Below, piece after piece: positions 1-12,469 of a stretch of 64,000 nt of DNA (the first letter of the stretch is position 1; the number at the start of each line of letters is the position of its first letter). The notes beneath the pieces are model-generated. The model had not been told where the DNA came from. It ran no database searches and saw only the letters and a program-made list of their open reading frames with translations. A program made the translations under genes and the position numbers. The stretch is from Octopus vulgaris (taxonomy: Eukaryota). The stretch is taken from NCBI GenBank assembly GCA_951406725.2, contig OX597830.1, forward strand, positions 6,324,001 through 6,388,000, written 5' to 3'.

Positions 1-292
1 GCATTATACCGAAAATAATATCAATGGAATTACTAAATTATATAATATACAGAGAAGACAATCCATGAATAAAGAATTCCAGGAACCTATTTAAACATGC
101 ATGACTGTGTGCTTAAGGAGATTGTGTTGTGAAAATGATGTTATCGGTTCGATCCCACTACACGTTACTTCATTCAAGTCTATTTTTAACACGTCATATA
201 AGTTCGTGGGGACAAATACGTTTTGATTGGAAATTAGTTGACGCTAATTTGTGGAAACCTGTCTCTCTTTCCCTCTGTATACATACATACAC

Positions 293-385
<93 letters not shown>

Positions 386-487
386 ATATACATATGTATG
401 TGTGTGTATGCATGTGTATATGTATATACATACATATATATATATACATGTACGTATGTGTGTCTATATTTATATATATATATACAA

Positions 488-538
<51 letters not shown>

Positions 539-734
539 TCACAGGGCGTTTTCGTCAAGTGACGTAATTAAATACGCATGCACTATGAGTGCCCAGTTTG
601 ATTTACCATTAAAACTCCAGCATGAGTTTGAACTGAAGACTGTGGTGTAGAGACTACTTATCAAAGGCGGCCAGAAATAGTTTCACTTCGAACGGGTGGA
701 TATCGATTGAAATAAAAAAGGAAAAAGCAAATTA

Positions 735-975
735 TTTGGCATCACTTGAAGAACATTCGATTTAGATAAGGAACGTATATAACGGATAGAGACTGTTACA
801 GTTGTTTCTAGAATAGCCAGAAATATGGGTCATGGTATTGAATAAGGATTCCATAAGCTAGGTCCTTACTCAATACCATGATCTACTTCTTCGCCATTCT
901 AGAAGTAGCTGTGAGAGACTCTGTCTGTTCATATTCTCTATCAAAGTTAAATGTTGTTTGAATAACGTCAAATAT
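735..975. repeat. Degenerate fold-back palindrome (MITE-like), related to 4290-4611
   Basis: Core CATGGTATTGAATAAGGA...TCCTTACTCAATACCATG (831-880). Arms remain alignable outward (ttctagaatagccagaa vs reverse complement ttctagaatggcgaagaa). Confidence 0.7.
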
Positions 976-1052
976 CTTGACTATTCGTGTTTTATTATAA
1001 TTTCTTTCTCTTTCTCTCACTCTCTCTTTCTCTCTCTTTCTCTCTCTCCCTC

Positions 1053-1115
<63 letters not shown>

Positions 1116-1149
1116 GTGTGCATATGTGGACATATGAACATGCATAATC

Positions 1150-1376
1150 GTTAGCTGACAGAAACGTTCGCGCGCCGGGCGAAATCTTTAGCGGTATTTC
1201 GTCTGCCATTATGTTCTGAGTTGAAATTCCGGTGAATTCGACTTTGCCTTTCATCCTTTCGGGGTCGATTAAATAAGTACCAGTTACGCCCTGGGGTCGA
1301 TGTAATCGACTTAATCCCTTTGTCTTTCCTTGTTTGTCCCCTCTATGCTTAGCCCCCTGTGGGCAATAAAGAAATA
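1150..1376 (+). mobile_element. tRNA-derived SINE, family B
   Basis: gctgacagaaacgttcgcgcgccgggcgaaat...gagttgaaattcc (B-box-like)...gactttgcctttcatcctttcggggtcgat. Related copies at ~39790, 43480, 44660 and 44826. Confidence 0.75.
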
Positions 1377-1424
1377 TATACATATACATGCATACATACA
1401 TATGATGAAAAAACAGTAATAACT

Positions 1425-1670
1425 GCCACTGGTACTAAGGTTCATAGGGTCAATTACTCGTTTTCCATTGAGTACAAGCACAAGAGTACATCAGAGCATG
1501 TCCCTTGGACGGGACGACAGGGACTCATTTGCCATTCCTTCTGAGTGGAGTAAAACAACATTAAGTGAAATTTTTGCTCTAGAACACAATCATCGCTCGG
1601 TCAAGGAATCTAAACCAAGATCTAGCGATCGTAGGCGCAACACCCTAACCTCTGGGTCATGTACCTTCAC
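1425..1670 (-). mobile_element. Degenerate SINE, family C (tRNA-like head at right end)
   Basis: Shares ctggacgggacg and gagtgga motifs with 15490-15630. Reverse-strand tRNA-like head near 1600-1665. Confidence 0.45.
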
Positions 1671-2493
1671 ACTGATGATAAAATCAAATTGTCATTGTCA
1701 TTTATTTATATATTTAGTTAACTAACTTATTAATTAGTTAGTTCGTTAGTTAGTTACTTAATTAGTTAGTAGGTTAGTTATTACTTATTGATAGTTTATT
1801 AGATTTATGCAGATAAAGAGTGGTATTCGCGCTTTTTTAATATTTTGTCAATTCTAGACAAACTTAAAACTCCTTCGAACTCCAAATAGACAGTTGTACT
1901 TTCCACTGTACTTTTAAGCGTATGATCTATCTTTGAGACAAAATACTGCATGTTCTGCTGTTTCTTCAACAGAAAGGAAACGCTTATAGTGTACTAAAGG
2001 GGAGAGCAGTCGCATATCTTCGACGATTTTTACGACATGGTGATATGGTTATGCTGACACTGGTTGCGTCATTTTCACCATGACAGCTAACTTTAAAAGG
2101 AAAGATTTCAGAGAAGTATGGAATATCTTCAATAGAATTTCTATAACAAATAGAATATATTACTCTGCTTTCGTTATTGAGTACTTACGTTATCCGATAT
2201 TCTGCGCGCTCGAGTTTCTATTGTTTTTTTGGTAGAAGAATATTACATAGATATGGATAAAATCGTTTCGATTTTCGGTATACATACATATTCATTCACA
2301 TATACTTATAAACACACCTACCCAAAACCCACCCACTCACCCACTCACACACACACACAAACAGCTAGATCGATCGATAGATAGATAGATATATATATAA
2401 CTTCGTGCATATACATATATACAATATATTTATATATATATCTATATATATATATATATATATGAATATATTAAAAACCTATAGCTCTCTTTC

Positions 2494-2551
<58 letters not shown>

Positions 2552-3979
2552 CATACATATGTATACATACACATATAGATGCATGTATACTTACATTTAT
2601 ATATATATATATATATATATATGCATACACACAAATATATATGCAGATATATGTGTGTATGTGTATATATATATATGTGTGTGTGTGTATGCATGCATGT
2701 ACGTATATATATATGCATATATGTTAGTATATGGGTATATATATATTCATACATACACACATGTACACACACAATAATTATATATGTAATATTTACTTCA
2801 GACTTATAAAAAATATATACATCCTGGATTTATTAAAATAAAGAAAAAGAATAGGAACGAAAAGTAGCAGAACATTGTGCATTCCTCTAAAAGTTTTCAA
2901 GCTTTACTTCCAAGATTAGAAATAAAGAAAAAGGGGGGAAAAAAACTCGATTCTTGATTTATAGGAAAGAGTATTCCATCATAAAAAGAATTTTGAGATT
3001 TGAGATATAAGGCGATCGGATTCTTGGAAGTCAAAAGAAACGACTTAATGCTTATATTTTATTTTATTTCTAAGAACAAATGGATATTGCATTAATAAAA
3101 AAGAAAAAGTACAAACTGGATTCATAAGAAAATGACATTAGATTCATCAAGCGTAGGTGAAAAAGGTAAAAAAGAAGCCGAGAACTATATCTTGCAATGT
3201 AATAAGAAGTAAAGACTGCCGGTAAAATAAAAACTCATAAATTGGAATCTTAATAAATCATTGTCATTTTTTCTTTTCTTGTCTTATTATTCCTGCAATA
3301 TTATTTCAGTATATTGTATCACTGAAAGATGTCAGGTTGAGATTGAACCCGCAGTAATCATGGCGATGTCAGGAACTCGTGGCACGGAAATAATTCCCGC
3401 GCCCACCCAGCAGGTTGGTGTAGACGTTGATATGGATCTATGCTTCAGTGGGATTTATAATATTGGTCCTTGAAGAGTAACAGTGAAATATCCCTCAAAA
3501 TCCATATCCTTATGTCCTGAAAATATAAGGGCGCATTGAATAATGTAATCCCAAATAAATTATGCCTTGAAAAGACGGTAACCGATTGGTTACTGATCCG
3601 CTCTATTTATGTTCCTAAACAACAAGAACAACAATACCCATAAGGAGAAAGACTATAACTGGTATAATATAGCTGATAAAGCAGGTTTAATGGACTACTA
3701 TAATTTATGTTATTTATAACATCCGGATAATAGAGATTACATTTTATTAGTAAGGTGGACTTAATAGTAAATTTAACGATTAGTATGTGTAGCTGAATAT
3801 GATTTTGTAAGGGTACATATCGCCTGACACTCTTGTTGTGGTCTGGTAGAAATAACAGATAGATCACACTCAACGGACACCCTATAACAGTACTGCAAAT
3901 TGAAAAACAGTTTTGAGAGAATTTAGCTTTACATTTACTGTGTTTCAATAAAACACAGGATTCCTTTATTCCTTAATTC

Positions 3980-4170
3980 CTTTACTTGATTCAGTCATCA
4001 GAATGAGGCCTTGCTGGTGCACCGCCTTAGCGAATTCTAGTCGAACGAATCGGCCCTAGTACTCATATTTTATTTTTTTTTTGCAGGCCTTGTCGTTATT
4101 TTGTCGGTAGCTTTGTTGAACTGCTATATTACGGGACGTAAAGACACCAGCGATGGTTGTCAAGTGATGG
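3980..4170 (-). mobile_element. SINE family A, partial (3' part)
   Basis: tcagtcatc...ggccttgctggtgcaccgcctt...gtcgaacgaatcggccctagtact is the reverse complement of the family A tail. Confidence 0.6.
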
Positions 4171-4227
4171 TGGAAAAAAAAACGCAAAGAAACGCACATA
4201 AATATACATGCATAAACACACACACAC

Positions 4228-4265
<38 letters not shown>

Positions 4266-4289
4266 GGGGAGAGAGAGAGAGAGAGAGAT

Positions 4290-4611
4290 AGAGAGAGAGA
4301 GAAAAGATGAAAAAACAGAGAAGATTGTTTTACAGGATCTAAGAGAATAGTCGAGCCATGATAATAAAGATATTATATAATTTTGTACAAAATAAGGTTT
4401 TGTTCTGTCAACGTAATTGAAGTAAGGACCGGTTTGGCATTGTTCTCAGCTTGATGAGTAATGTGAAACTGGTCCTTACTTCAATTATGTTGAAAGAACA
4501 AAACCTTATTTTGCGCAAAATTGTATAATATCTTTATTATTAATATTTGAATGTTTTCTTAGATCCTGTAAAACAAATCTTCTCTGTTTTTTCATCTTTT
4601 CTCTTTCTCTA
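4290..4611. repeat. ~320-bp fold-back palindrome with hammerhead-like motif at its centre
   Basis: Arms of ~155 bp (e.g. gaaaagatgaaaaaacagagaagatt / aatcttctctgttttttcatcttttc; aattgaagtaaggacc / ggtccttacttcaatt) pair imperfectly up to a 3-nt centre (GCT, 4449-4451). Confidence 0.85.
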
Positions 4612-4913
4612 TTTATATCCACCACAAGTGTTTCCGCACGAAATGAACGCGCCCACATTGTGATAGACTTGTGCGATCCGAAACGATATCGGTACAGGAG
4701 GTTAGTAAGTGTATAGATGTCTATACGCTGGTAATACACTATCGTCAAAGTTTATTAACCGGCGCACCGCTGCTAATTACACGCGAGGAAAAACTAAGCA
4801 TTAGTTTTACGCGTTACGTAAAACATGTTAAAAGAAGATTCAAAACATACGTAGACTTGATTTACTTTTTGTAATCCTTAAACTAATCAATTTATATAAG
4901 TATATATATATAC

Positions 4914-4959
<46 letters not shown>

Positions 4960-4965
4960 GTACAC

Positions 4966-4999
<34 letters not shown>

Positions 5000-5007
<8 letters not shown>

Positions 5008-6402
5008 ATATTTCGGAATGGTCATATTGCCAGTTTAGCCAATAAAAACACACGCACTATATATTTGGTGTTATTTTGCTTCAGTGATATTTATTTTTTA
5101 CATTAATCTTAATCTTATTTCGGCCAAAGTTCTTTCGTCACACTCCTGTGACCGCATCAGTGGTCCTTTGTTTTCTTCTCACTTACTTGTGTCTCTCCTT
5201 ACTAACCGTCAGCCATTTTGTATTTCTATTGTATGTCTTCATTTGCGCATGCTTATATCTCTATGTGCGTCTATGTTTATTTAGTGTGTGGGGGGGGATG
5301 CCTGTAATATTTGTATCTTCTGGTTATATACATTCTTGTAATTTGTATTTTGTTTTTGTTGTTGTTGCTTTTGTTCTAATTTTATTCATGTGTTTACATC
5401 CACCCATTATTATCATTACATATGCTTGTATGTATGTATAACAACAATATTAGTAATAATAATAATAAATCTAATCGAGAAAAAAAAAAAAAAAAAAAAA
5501 GAATATACATATACATATATATATATATACATACATATACATATACATATATATATATATATATATACATATATACACACATATATACACATATACATAT
5601 ACATACACATATACATATATATAGATATTCATTTCTATTTCTTTAATTACCTGTGTATTTATTATGTTTGCAGGATCCACTATTGTCATATGTTGTGGTG
5701 TGCGCTATTGCTCCATTCTAGTTTTCTATTCAGGCTAGGTTTATTTTCTATTATATGTGTAGCTTCTGTAATTTGTCTAATTGTTGCATCTGTTCTATGT
5801 GTGGACAATATCTTAATCTCTATGTTATTGATTGATCCCCCGTGTTCTTGTTCGGCGTGTTGGTACAGAATCGATGAGCTTTTACCTTCCTTGAGTTGTC
5901 TCCAATGTTCATTCACCCGCTCACCAATGCTTCTTGCAGTTTCCCCTACGTATGTTACTGTCTTGTTACTGCATCGTCCCTCTATACATCTTATACTATA
6001 GACCACATTTCTGGCTTTACAGTTCGTTTGTGGGCTAAATCTACATACAGTGCAATAGTTATCCGTACAGAGAGTTCTACTAAAAGGATAGGTTCTACCA
6101 ATTATAGATCTGATAGGGTTGCCTGGCTTTTCAACAACCTTAATTCTTAGTTTAAGTTTATCTAGGGTCCTTCTAAAGCGGTACGCTAGTTCACCTCCAG
6201 GGGTGGTGTCAACGAACATGACACTCTGGTATTTATGGCTATCATACCAAGAGTTGGCCTTCCTTATTTTCTTTTTGTCCTTTCTATAGTGTTCCATGAC
6301 TTGTTCCTGTAGAGTGGGCAAATCCCATTCCTATCATTACATAATATATTATCAAATTTCTTCATGGCTCCTTTGTATACTCTGATCCTTTCTTTATGGC
6401 TG
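5000..6402 (-). repeat. Inverted copy of Penelope 3' ORF end + pLTR
   Basis: Minus-strand translation 5686-6321 reproduces the C-terminus of the 1309-aa ORF (...[16 protein letters not shown]...[15 protein letters not shown]). Junction TCTTTATGGC-TG-GCCATAAAGA at 6391-6412. Confidence 0.95.
5122..5166 (-). ncRNA. Hammerhead ribozyme-like motif in inverted pLTR
   Basis: Exact reverse complement of the 7630-7674 motif. Confidence 0.5.
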
Positions 6403-7214
6403 GCCATAAAGAAAGGATCAGAGTATACAAAGGAGCCATGAAGAAATTTGATAATATATTATGTAATGATAGGAATGGGATTTGCCCACTCTACAGGAAC
6501 AAGTCATGGAACACTATAGAAAGGACAAAAAAGAAAATAAGGAAGGCCAACTCTTGGTATGATAGCCATAAATACCAGAGTGTCATGTTCGTTGACACCA
6601 CCCCTGGAGGTGAACTAGCGTACCGCTTTAGAAGGACCCTAGATAAACTTAAACTAAGAATTAAGGTTGTTGAAAAGCCAGGCAACCCTATCAGATCTAT
6701 AATTGGTAGAACCTATCCTTTTAGTAGAACTCTCTGTACGGATAACTATTGCACTGTATGTAGATTTAGCCCACAAACGAACTGTAAAGCCAGAAATGTG
6801 GTCTATAGTATAAGATGTATAGAGGGACGATGCAGTAACAAGACAGTAACATACGTAGGGGAAACTGCAAGAAGCATTGGTGAGCGGTGAATGAACATTG
6901 GAGACAACTCAAGGAAGGTAAAAGCTCATCGATTCTGTACCAACACGCCGAACAAGAACACGGGGATCAATCAATAACATAGAGATTAAGATATTGTCCA
7001 CACATAGAACAGATGCAACAATTAGACAAATTACAGAAGCTACACATATAATAGAAAATAAACCTAGCCTGAATAGAAAACTAGAATGGAGCAATAGCAC
7101 ACCACAACATATGACAATAGTGGATCCTGCAAACATAATAAATACACAGGTAATTAAAGAAATAGAAATGAATATCTATATATATGTATATGTGTATGTA
7201 TATGTATATGTGTA

Positions 7215-7257
<43 letters not shown>

Positions 7258-7852
7258 GTATATGTATGTATATATATATATATGTATATGTATATTCTTT
7301 TTTTTTTTTTTTTTCTTTCTCGATTAGATTTATTATTATTATTACTAATATTGTTGTTATACATACATACAAGCATATGTAATGATAATAATGGGTGGAT
7401 GTAAACACATGAATAAAATTAGAACAAAAGCAACAACAACAAAAACAAAATACAAATTACAAGAATGTATATAACCAGAAGATACAAATATTACAGGCAT
7501 CCCCCCACACACTAAATAAACATAGACGCACATAGAGATATAAGCATGCGCAAATGAAGACATACAATAGAAATACAAAATGGCTGACGGTTAGTAAGGA
7601 GAGACACAAGTAAGTGAGAAGAAAACAAAGGACCACTGATGCGGTCACAGGAGTGTGACGAAAGAACTTTGGCCGAAATAAGATTAAGATTAATGTAAAA
7701 AATAAATATCACTGAAGCAAAATAACACCAAATATATAGTGCGTGTGTTTTTATTGGCTAAACTGGCAATATGACCATTCCGAAATATAACAATATCTGT
7801 TTCAACACACGACTTCACATAAAAAATCTTGCACAACAAATATTTAAACGTA
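6403..7852 (+). repeat. 5' partial tandem copy (pLTR) of the Penelope element, with small indels breaking the GIY-YIG frame
   Basis: Near-identical to 10985-12440. 1-2 bp deletions at ~6886 (gcggtg vs gcgggtg), ~6962 (G run) and ~7097. Confidence 0.93.
7630..7674 (+). ncRNA. Minimal type-I hammerhead ribozyme-like motif (core variant CUGAUGC)
   Basis: GG(A)CCA-CTGATGC-G-GTCACA[GGAG]TGTGAC-GAAA-G[AA]C-T-T-TGGCC: perfect 6-bp stem II, minimal stem III, stem I CCA/TGG plus GG/CC. It lies in a Penelope pLTR, where HHRs are an established feature. Confidence 0.55.
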
Positions 7853-10800
7853 CTAACGTGAGCCACAGCCAGGCTTGCAAGATGCTGAAGAACACTATAT
7901 TTTGTTGCCTAAAGAAAACTGTGACAACGCAACAGCTTCGTTTTATAAAACAATGTGTCTCGTCCAGGATATGTATCAACAAGGTCACAGCCAACGTTAA
8001 ACGGCTTGACCTCACTAACGGACAAGCGGAAAGACTAAAAAGGACGCTAATGGTAAATATTAGAAATAGAATATACAGAGAGCTGAGCGAACAAGAGAAG
8101 CGTAAACGTATATTTTTAAAAGAAATTAAAAGTATCACGACACGAAAGGAGAAAACCTTAATAATGGATATAATATATGAAGAAAACAGACATGTAATAC
8201 ACCAATGCAATATCCATTTTAAGAGGAAGTTATCGTGGTTGAAACAGAAATGTCAATATGAGCTCGCAAAGGAAGAAAAGCAGAAGTATCCAGATGCAAT
8301 AAATGGAATTATTATGGAAGATGTGCTACTACCAGAAGAGTTCAATAAAGACAATGAAGCGAACATCTATGGGGGAGTAACAACGGACCCAGATGAAATA
8401 TCGATACTTCAACTACCACCAAAGTATGCAGTGTATAGTAAAGTGAATACCATCAAATGCCTGTCCGAGATTGAAAAGTCGTTCACAAAAATACGTTGGA
8501 ATTTAAATAGATACTATGACAACAACACTTGCGACAACAACAACAACGCGAAAAACACTAACCGCAGCAACAACAACACAAACAATAATGACCGCAACAA
8601 TAACAACCGTAGCAACAAAAGCAACACGAACCCTAACAGCGGCAACAACAACAACAACAACACGAACCCTAACAGCGACAACAACAATAACAATAGAAAA
8701 AATGTATGCATAGACACAAACAATAGATACAAAAACAAAAACACAAACAGAGAGAGAAAAATCGTATACAACAGCAACAACAACAACAATTATAGGGAGA
8801 ACCGACACACAAACACACACACAGATAGCCATAGTCACAAAAACACGAATAAAAGTTGTGTCATAGGGGTCACGATGGAGAATAAAGTTGAATGCAACAG
8901 GATCCTTGGACAGGGAGTCAGCGGACTTGAAACAGATAACAATACTCATAGGAACAAAAATAACGACCGCAACAGGGGGATTGACAGGGACCAACAGACA
9001 GACATAAAACCCAACACTAATATAAACAACACATATACCAGAAACAGGAACAATGAATATATCACTAGCGATGATAGTAATAATGGCAATGGTAGGAATA
9101 AAGGTAATAACAATAATAGTGGTAGTAGTAGTGGTGATGGTAACAGTAGAAGTAGTAATGAGGATAGTAGTGATAGTTGTGGTGGTAATAGGAATACTAG
9201 TAGTAGTAGTAGTAGTGGTAATGGTGATAATAATAATAGGAAGGCTGATGTTGGAAACAGTAACGATAATGAAGATAACCCTAGAGAGACCATTGACATG
9301 TATACCCATCCCTTTGACACTCAATTCTTCAACGTATGCGACAAAACTTACTGCATGAACCGAATTTATCCAACAACATTACCCTTCAACAAAAGGGTAT
9401 ACATCCCAAGACGTACTAATGACCACATGGAAGCACAGTTCACTATAGCTAGGACCAAACTTAGACAGATTTTAGGTTTATACATTAAGAGACAGAGACA
9501 GAATAAGACAGATGCCCAACAACTAGGGATTAAACCTGCATGTGGCCTACAGAAGCTCATTCAGCGCACGAGGAACGGAGAGGTGATATGCCTTCCCACG
9601 GATAAGTCCGGCAGGATGTCAATAGACAGCTTACCGAACTACATCCAGGCAATGCAACCTCATATCGCCAATACAAAAGTAACAACTGTACAGGCGCATG
9701 AGGAGAGAGAAAAGGTCCTCAATGCCCACATGATGATGTGGACAATTGTTCTGGGACCTCAGAAACGTACTGCAAAGAATTTCCAAGCCTGGAACAATGA
9801 TATCCCGGCACTGTATGGACTTCGCAAGGACCATAAAGGTTTTACTGACCCTATAGCAGGACCACCAACAAGACCAGTCTGTGGAGCGAATATCGCTAGC
9901 AATTACAGAATCTCCTACTTCCTCTCAATGATCATACGCCCTATAATCAGGATGTCACCTGATGTATGTGACAGCACAGAAGATCTCCTAAGCAGGATCA
10001 GTGACTGTAACAAAACTTGTGACTTGACAGGATGTATAGTAGGTAGCATGGATGTGGTATCCCTATACCCATCGATTGACGTAGATTTTGCAGTGGAGAA
10101 GTGCGTGGAGATGATCAACGAGAGCCAGGTGGAGTTCTGTAATGTCGACACAGAAGAACTGGGCCTCCTACTTAGACTGACATATAATAGTGAATACTTA
10201 GATAAACATAATCTTAGTAGTTTCTGCCCCAGTAGATGTTTAAGAGGTAGACCGCCTACAATTACTTCTATGGCTAGGAAGACACATATAGAAAGATGGC
10301 GCGGATGGACCAGAGCCATACGGAGCCCCGCAAATGTCCATCAGGTAAAGAAAATGATCGCACATGCACTAGGAGCTAGTATAAGAGTTACCCTAAAAGG
10401 CCACACATTTAAATTTAATAATAAAATATATGCCCAGGACGAGGGGGCAGCCATCGGTGTTAGTATCGCTGGTGATGTGGCCAACCTCTTCATGGTATGG
10501 TGGGACAGAAGGCTTAAAGAATGCCTACTGCAGAAATCCATACTCGTAAACATGTACTCTCGCTATGTTGATGATATCAATATAGTAGTAAAGGCACCCC
10601 CACAAGAAAGTACTGTTGATATAGTAATAGAAACTAATACTATGGAGAGCATCCAGCAAATAGCTAACTCCATCCACCAGAGTATTAAGGTCACAATAGA
10701 CTACCCCACTAAACACCCCAACCATAGACTACCAGTACTAGACACTGAACTCTGGCTAGAAATTGTGAAAAATAAAACCCAAATCCTTCATTCATACTAT

Positions 10801-11700
10801 GCAAAACCTATGGCCTCAAAATACCTGATCCACCGGAACTCAGCCATTGCGGGCAATGCCAAATTCAATATTTTGATGGCAGACCTCGTCAGAATAATGA
10901 GAAATGTGTCACGCATGTGCGAGCCTACAGAATTAAAGAGACACATACAGTATTTCATTCACCGCATGCAGTTCTCAGGTTACAGCCATAAAGAAAGGAT
11001 CAGAGTATACAAAGGAGCCATGAAGAAATTTGATAATATATTATGTAATGATAGGAATGGGATTTGCCCACTCTACAGGAACAAGTCATGGAACACTATA
11101 GAAAGGACAAAAAAGAAAATAAGGAAGGCCAACTCTTGGTATGATAGCCATAAATACCAGAGTGTCATGTTCGTTGACACCACCCCTGGAGGTGAACTAG
11201 CGTACCGCTTTAGAAGGACCCTAGATAAACTTAAACTAAGAATTAAGGTTGTTGAAAAGCCAGGCAACCCTATCAGATCTATAATTGGTAGAACCTATCC
11301 TTTTAGTAGAACTCTCTGTACGGATAACTATTGCACTGTATGTAGATTTAGCCCACAAACGAACTGTAAAGCCAGAAATGTGGTCTATAGTATAAGATGT
11401 ATAGAGGGACGATGCAGTAACAAGACAGTAACATACGTAGGGGAAACTGCAAGAAGCATTGGTGAGCGGGTGAATGAACATTGGAGACAACTCAAGGAAG
11501 GTAAAAGCTCATCGATTCTGTACCAACACGCCGAACAAGAACACGGGGGATCAATCAATAACATAGAGATTAAGATATTGTCCACACATAGAACAGATGC
11601 AACAATTAGACAAATTACAGAAGCTACACATATAATAGAAAATAAACCTAGCCTGAATAGAAAACTAGAATGGAGCAATAGCGCACACCACAACATATGA
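7771..11700 (+). CDS. Penelope-like element polyprotein: reverse transcriptase + Cys-rich linker + C-terminal GIY-YIG endonuclease (1309 aa)
   Basis: RT motifs [51 protein letters not shown]. Linker CTDNYCTVC...[15 protein letters not shown]...[16 protein letters not shown]...EATHI...PSLN. Uninterrupted ORF. Confidence 0.95.
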   Translation: MTIPKYNNICFNTRLHIKNLAQQIFKRTNVSHSQACKMLKNTIFCCLKKTVTTQQLRFIKQCVSSRICINKVTANVKRLDLTNGQAERLKRTLMVNIRNRIYRELSEQEKRKRIFLKEIKSITTRKEKTLIMDIIYEENRHVIHQCNIHFKRKLSWLKQKCQYELAKEEKQKYPDAINGIIMEDVLLPEEFNKDNEANIYGGVTTDPDEISILQLPPKYAVYSKVNTIKCLSEIEKSFTKIRWNLNRYYDNNTCDNNNNAKNTNRSNNNTNNNDRNNNNRSNKSNTNPNSGNNNNNNTNPNSDNNNNNRKNVCIDTNNRYKNKNTNRERKIVYNSNNNNNYRENRHTNTHTDSHSHKNTNKSCVIGVTMENKVECNRILGQGVSGLETDNNTHRNKNNDRNRGIDRDQQTDIKPNTNINNTYTRNRNNEYITSDDSNNGNGRNKGNNNNSGSSSGDGNSRSSNEDSSDSCGGNRNTSSSSSSGNGDNNNRKADVGNSNDNEDNPRETIDMYTHPFDTQFFNVCDKTYCMNRIYPTTLPFNKRVYIPRRTNDHMEAQFTIARTKLRQILGLYIKRQRQNKTDAQQLGIKPACGLQKLIQRTRNGEVICLPTDKSGRMSIDSLPNYIQAMQPHIANTKVTTVQAHEEREKVLNAHMMMWTIVLGPQKRTAKNFQAWNNDIPALYGLRKDHKGFTDPIAGPPTRPVCGANIASNYRISYFLSMIIRPIIRMSPDVCDSTEDLLSRISDCNKTCDLTGCIVGSMDVVSLYPSIDVDFAVEKCVEMINESQVEFCNVDTEELGLLLRLTYNSEYLDKHNLSSFCPSRCLRGRPPTITSMARKTHIERWRGWTRAIRSPANVHQVKKMIAHALGASIRVTLKGHTFKFNNKIYAQDEGAAIGVSIAGDVANLFMVWWDRRLKECLLQKSILVNMYSRYVDDINIVVKAPPQESTVDIVIETNTMESIQQIANSIHQSIKVTIDYPTKHPNHRLPVLDTELWLEIVKNKTQILHSYYAKPMASKYLIHRNSAIAGNAKFNILMADLVRIMRNVSRMCEPTELKRHIQYFIHRMQFSGYSHKERIRVYKGAMKKFDNILCNDRNGICPLYRNKSWNTIERTKKKIRKANSWYDSHKYQSVMFVDTTPGGELAYRFRRTLDKLKLRIKVVEKPGNPIRSIIGRTYPFSRTLCTDNYCTVCRFSPQTNCKARNVVYSIRCIEGRCSNKTVTYVGETARSIGERVNEHWRQLKEGKSSSILYQHAEQEHGGSINNIEIKILSTHRTDATIRQITEATHIIENKPSLNRKLEWSNSAHHNI

Positions 11701-12438
11701 CAATAGTGGATCCTGCAAACATAATAAATACACAGGTAATTAAAGAAATAGAAATGAATATCTATATATATGTATATGTGTATGTATATGTATATGTGTA
11801 TATATGTGTGTATATATGTATATATATATATATATATATGTATATGTATATGTATGTATATATATATATATGTATATGTATATTTTTTTTTTTTTTTTTT
11901 TTTTTCTCGATTAGATTTATTATTATTATTACTAATATTGTTGTTATACATACATACAAGCATATGTAATGATAATAATGGGTGGATGTAAACACATGAA
12001 TAAAATTAGAACAAAAGCAACAACAACAAAAACAAAATACAAATTACAAGAATGTATATAACCAGAAGATACAAATATTACAGGCATCCCCCCCACACAC
12101 TAAATAAACATAGACGCACATAGAGATATAAGCATGCGCAAATGAAGACATACAATAGAAATACAAAATGGCTGACGGTTAGTAAGGAGAGACACAAGTA
12201 AGTGAGAAGAAAACAAAGGACCACTGATGCGGTCACAGGAGTGTGACGAAAGAACTTTGGCCGAAATAAGATTAAGATTAATGTAAAAAATAAATATCAC
12301 TGAAGCAAAATAACACCAAATATATAGTGCGTGTGTTTTTATTGGCTAAACTGGCAATATGACCATTCCGAAATATAACAATATCTGTTTCAACACACGA
12401 CTTCACATAAAAAATCTTGCACAACAAATATTTAAACG

Positions 12439-12440
<2 letters not shown>
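10985..12440 (+). repeat. 3' copy of the Penelope direct repeat (ORF end + pLTR), running ~80 bp past the equivalent of the ORF ATG
   Basis: Matches 6403-7852 and ends ...tttaaacgta, merging into (TA)n. Confidence 0.93.
12218..12262 (+). ncRNA. Hammerhead ribozyme-like motif in 3' pLTR
   Basis: Identical to 7630-7674. Confidence 0.55.

Positions 12441-12469
<29 letters not shown>

Larger units (their letters stand above)
5000..12440 (+). mobile_element. Penelope-like retroelement insertion: inverted 3' copy + partial tandem (pLTR) + full ORF + pLTR, in (TA)n
   Basis: 5000-6402 is the reverse complement of ~6403-7796. 6403-7852 is directly repeated at ~10985-12440. The RT-GIY-YIG ORF lies between the direct repeats. 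(TA)n flanks both ends. Confidence 0.95.

Noticed and set aside
8503-9358. Antisense and alternate-frame ORFs (273 aa etc.) over the Penelope Asn-rich tract
   Set aside because: By-product of trinucleotide low complexity within the main ORF.
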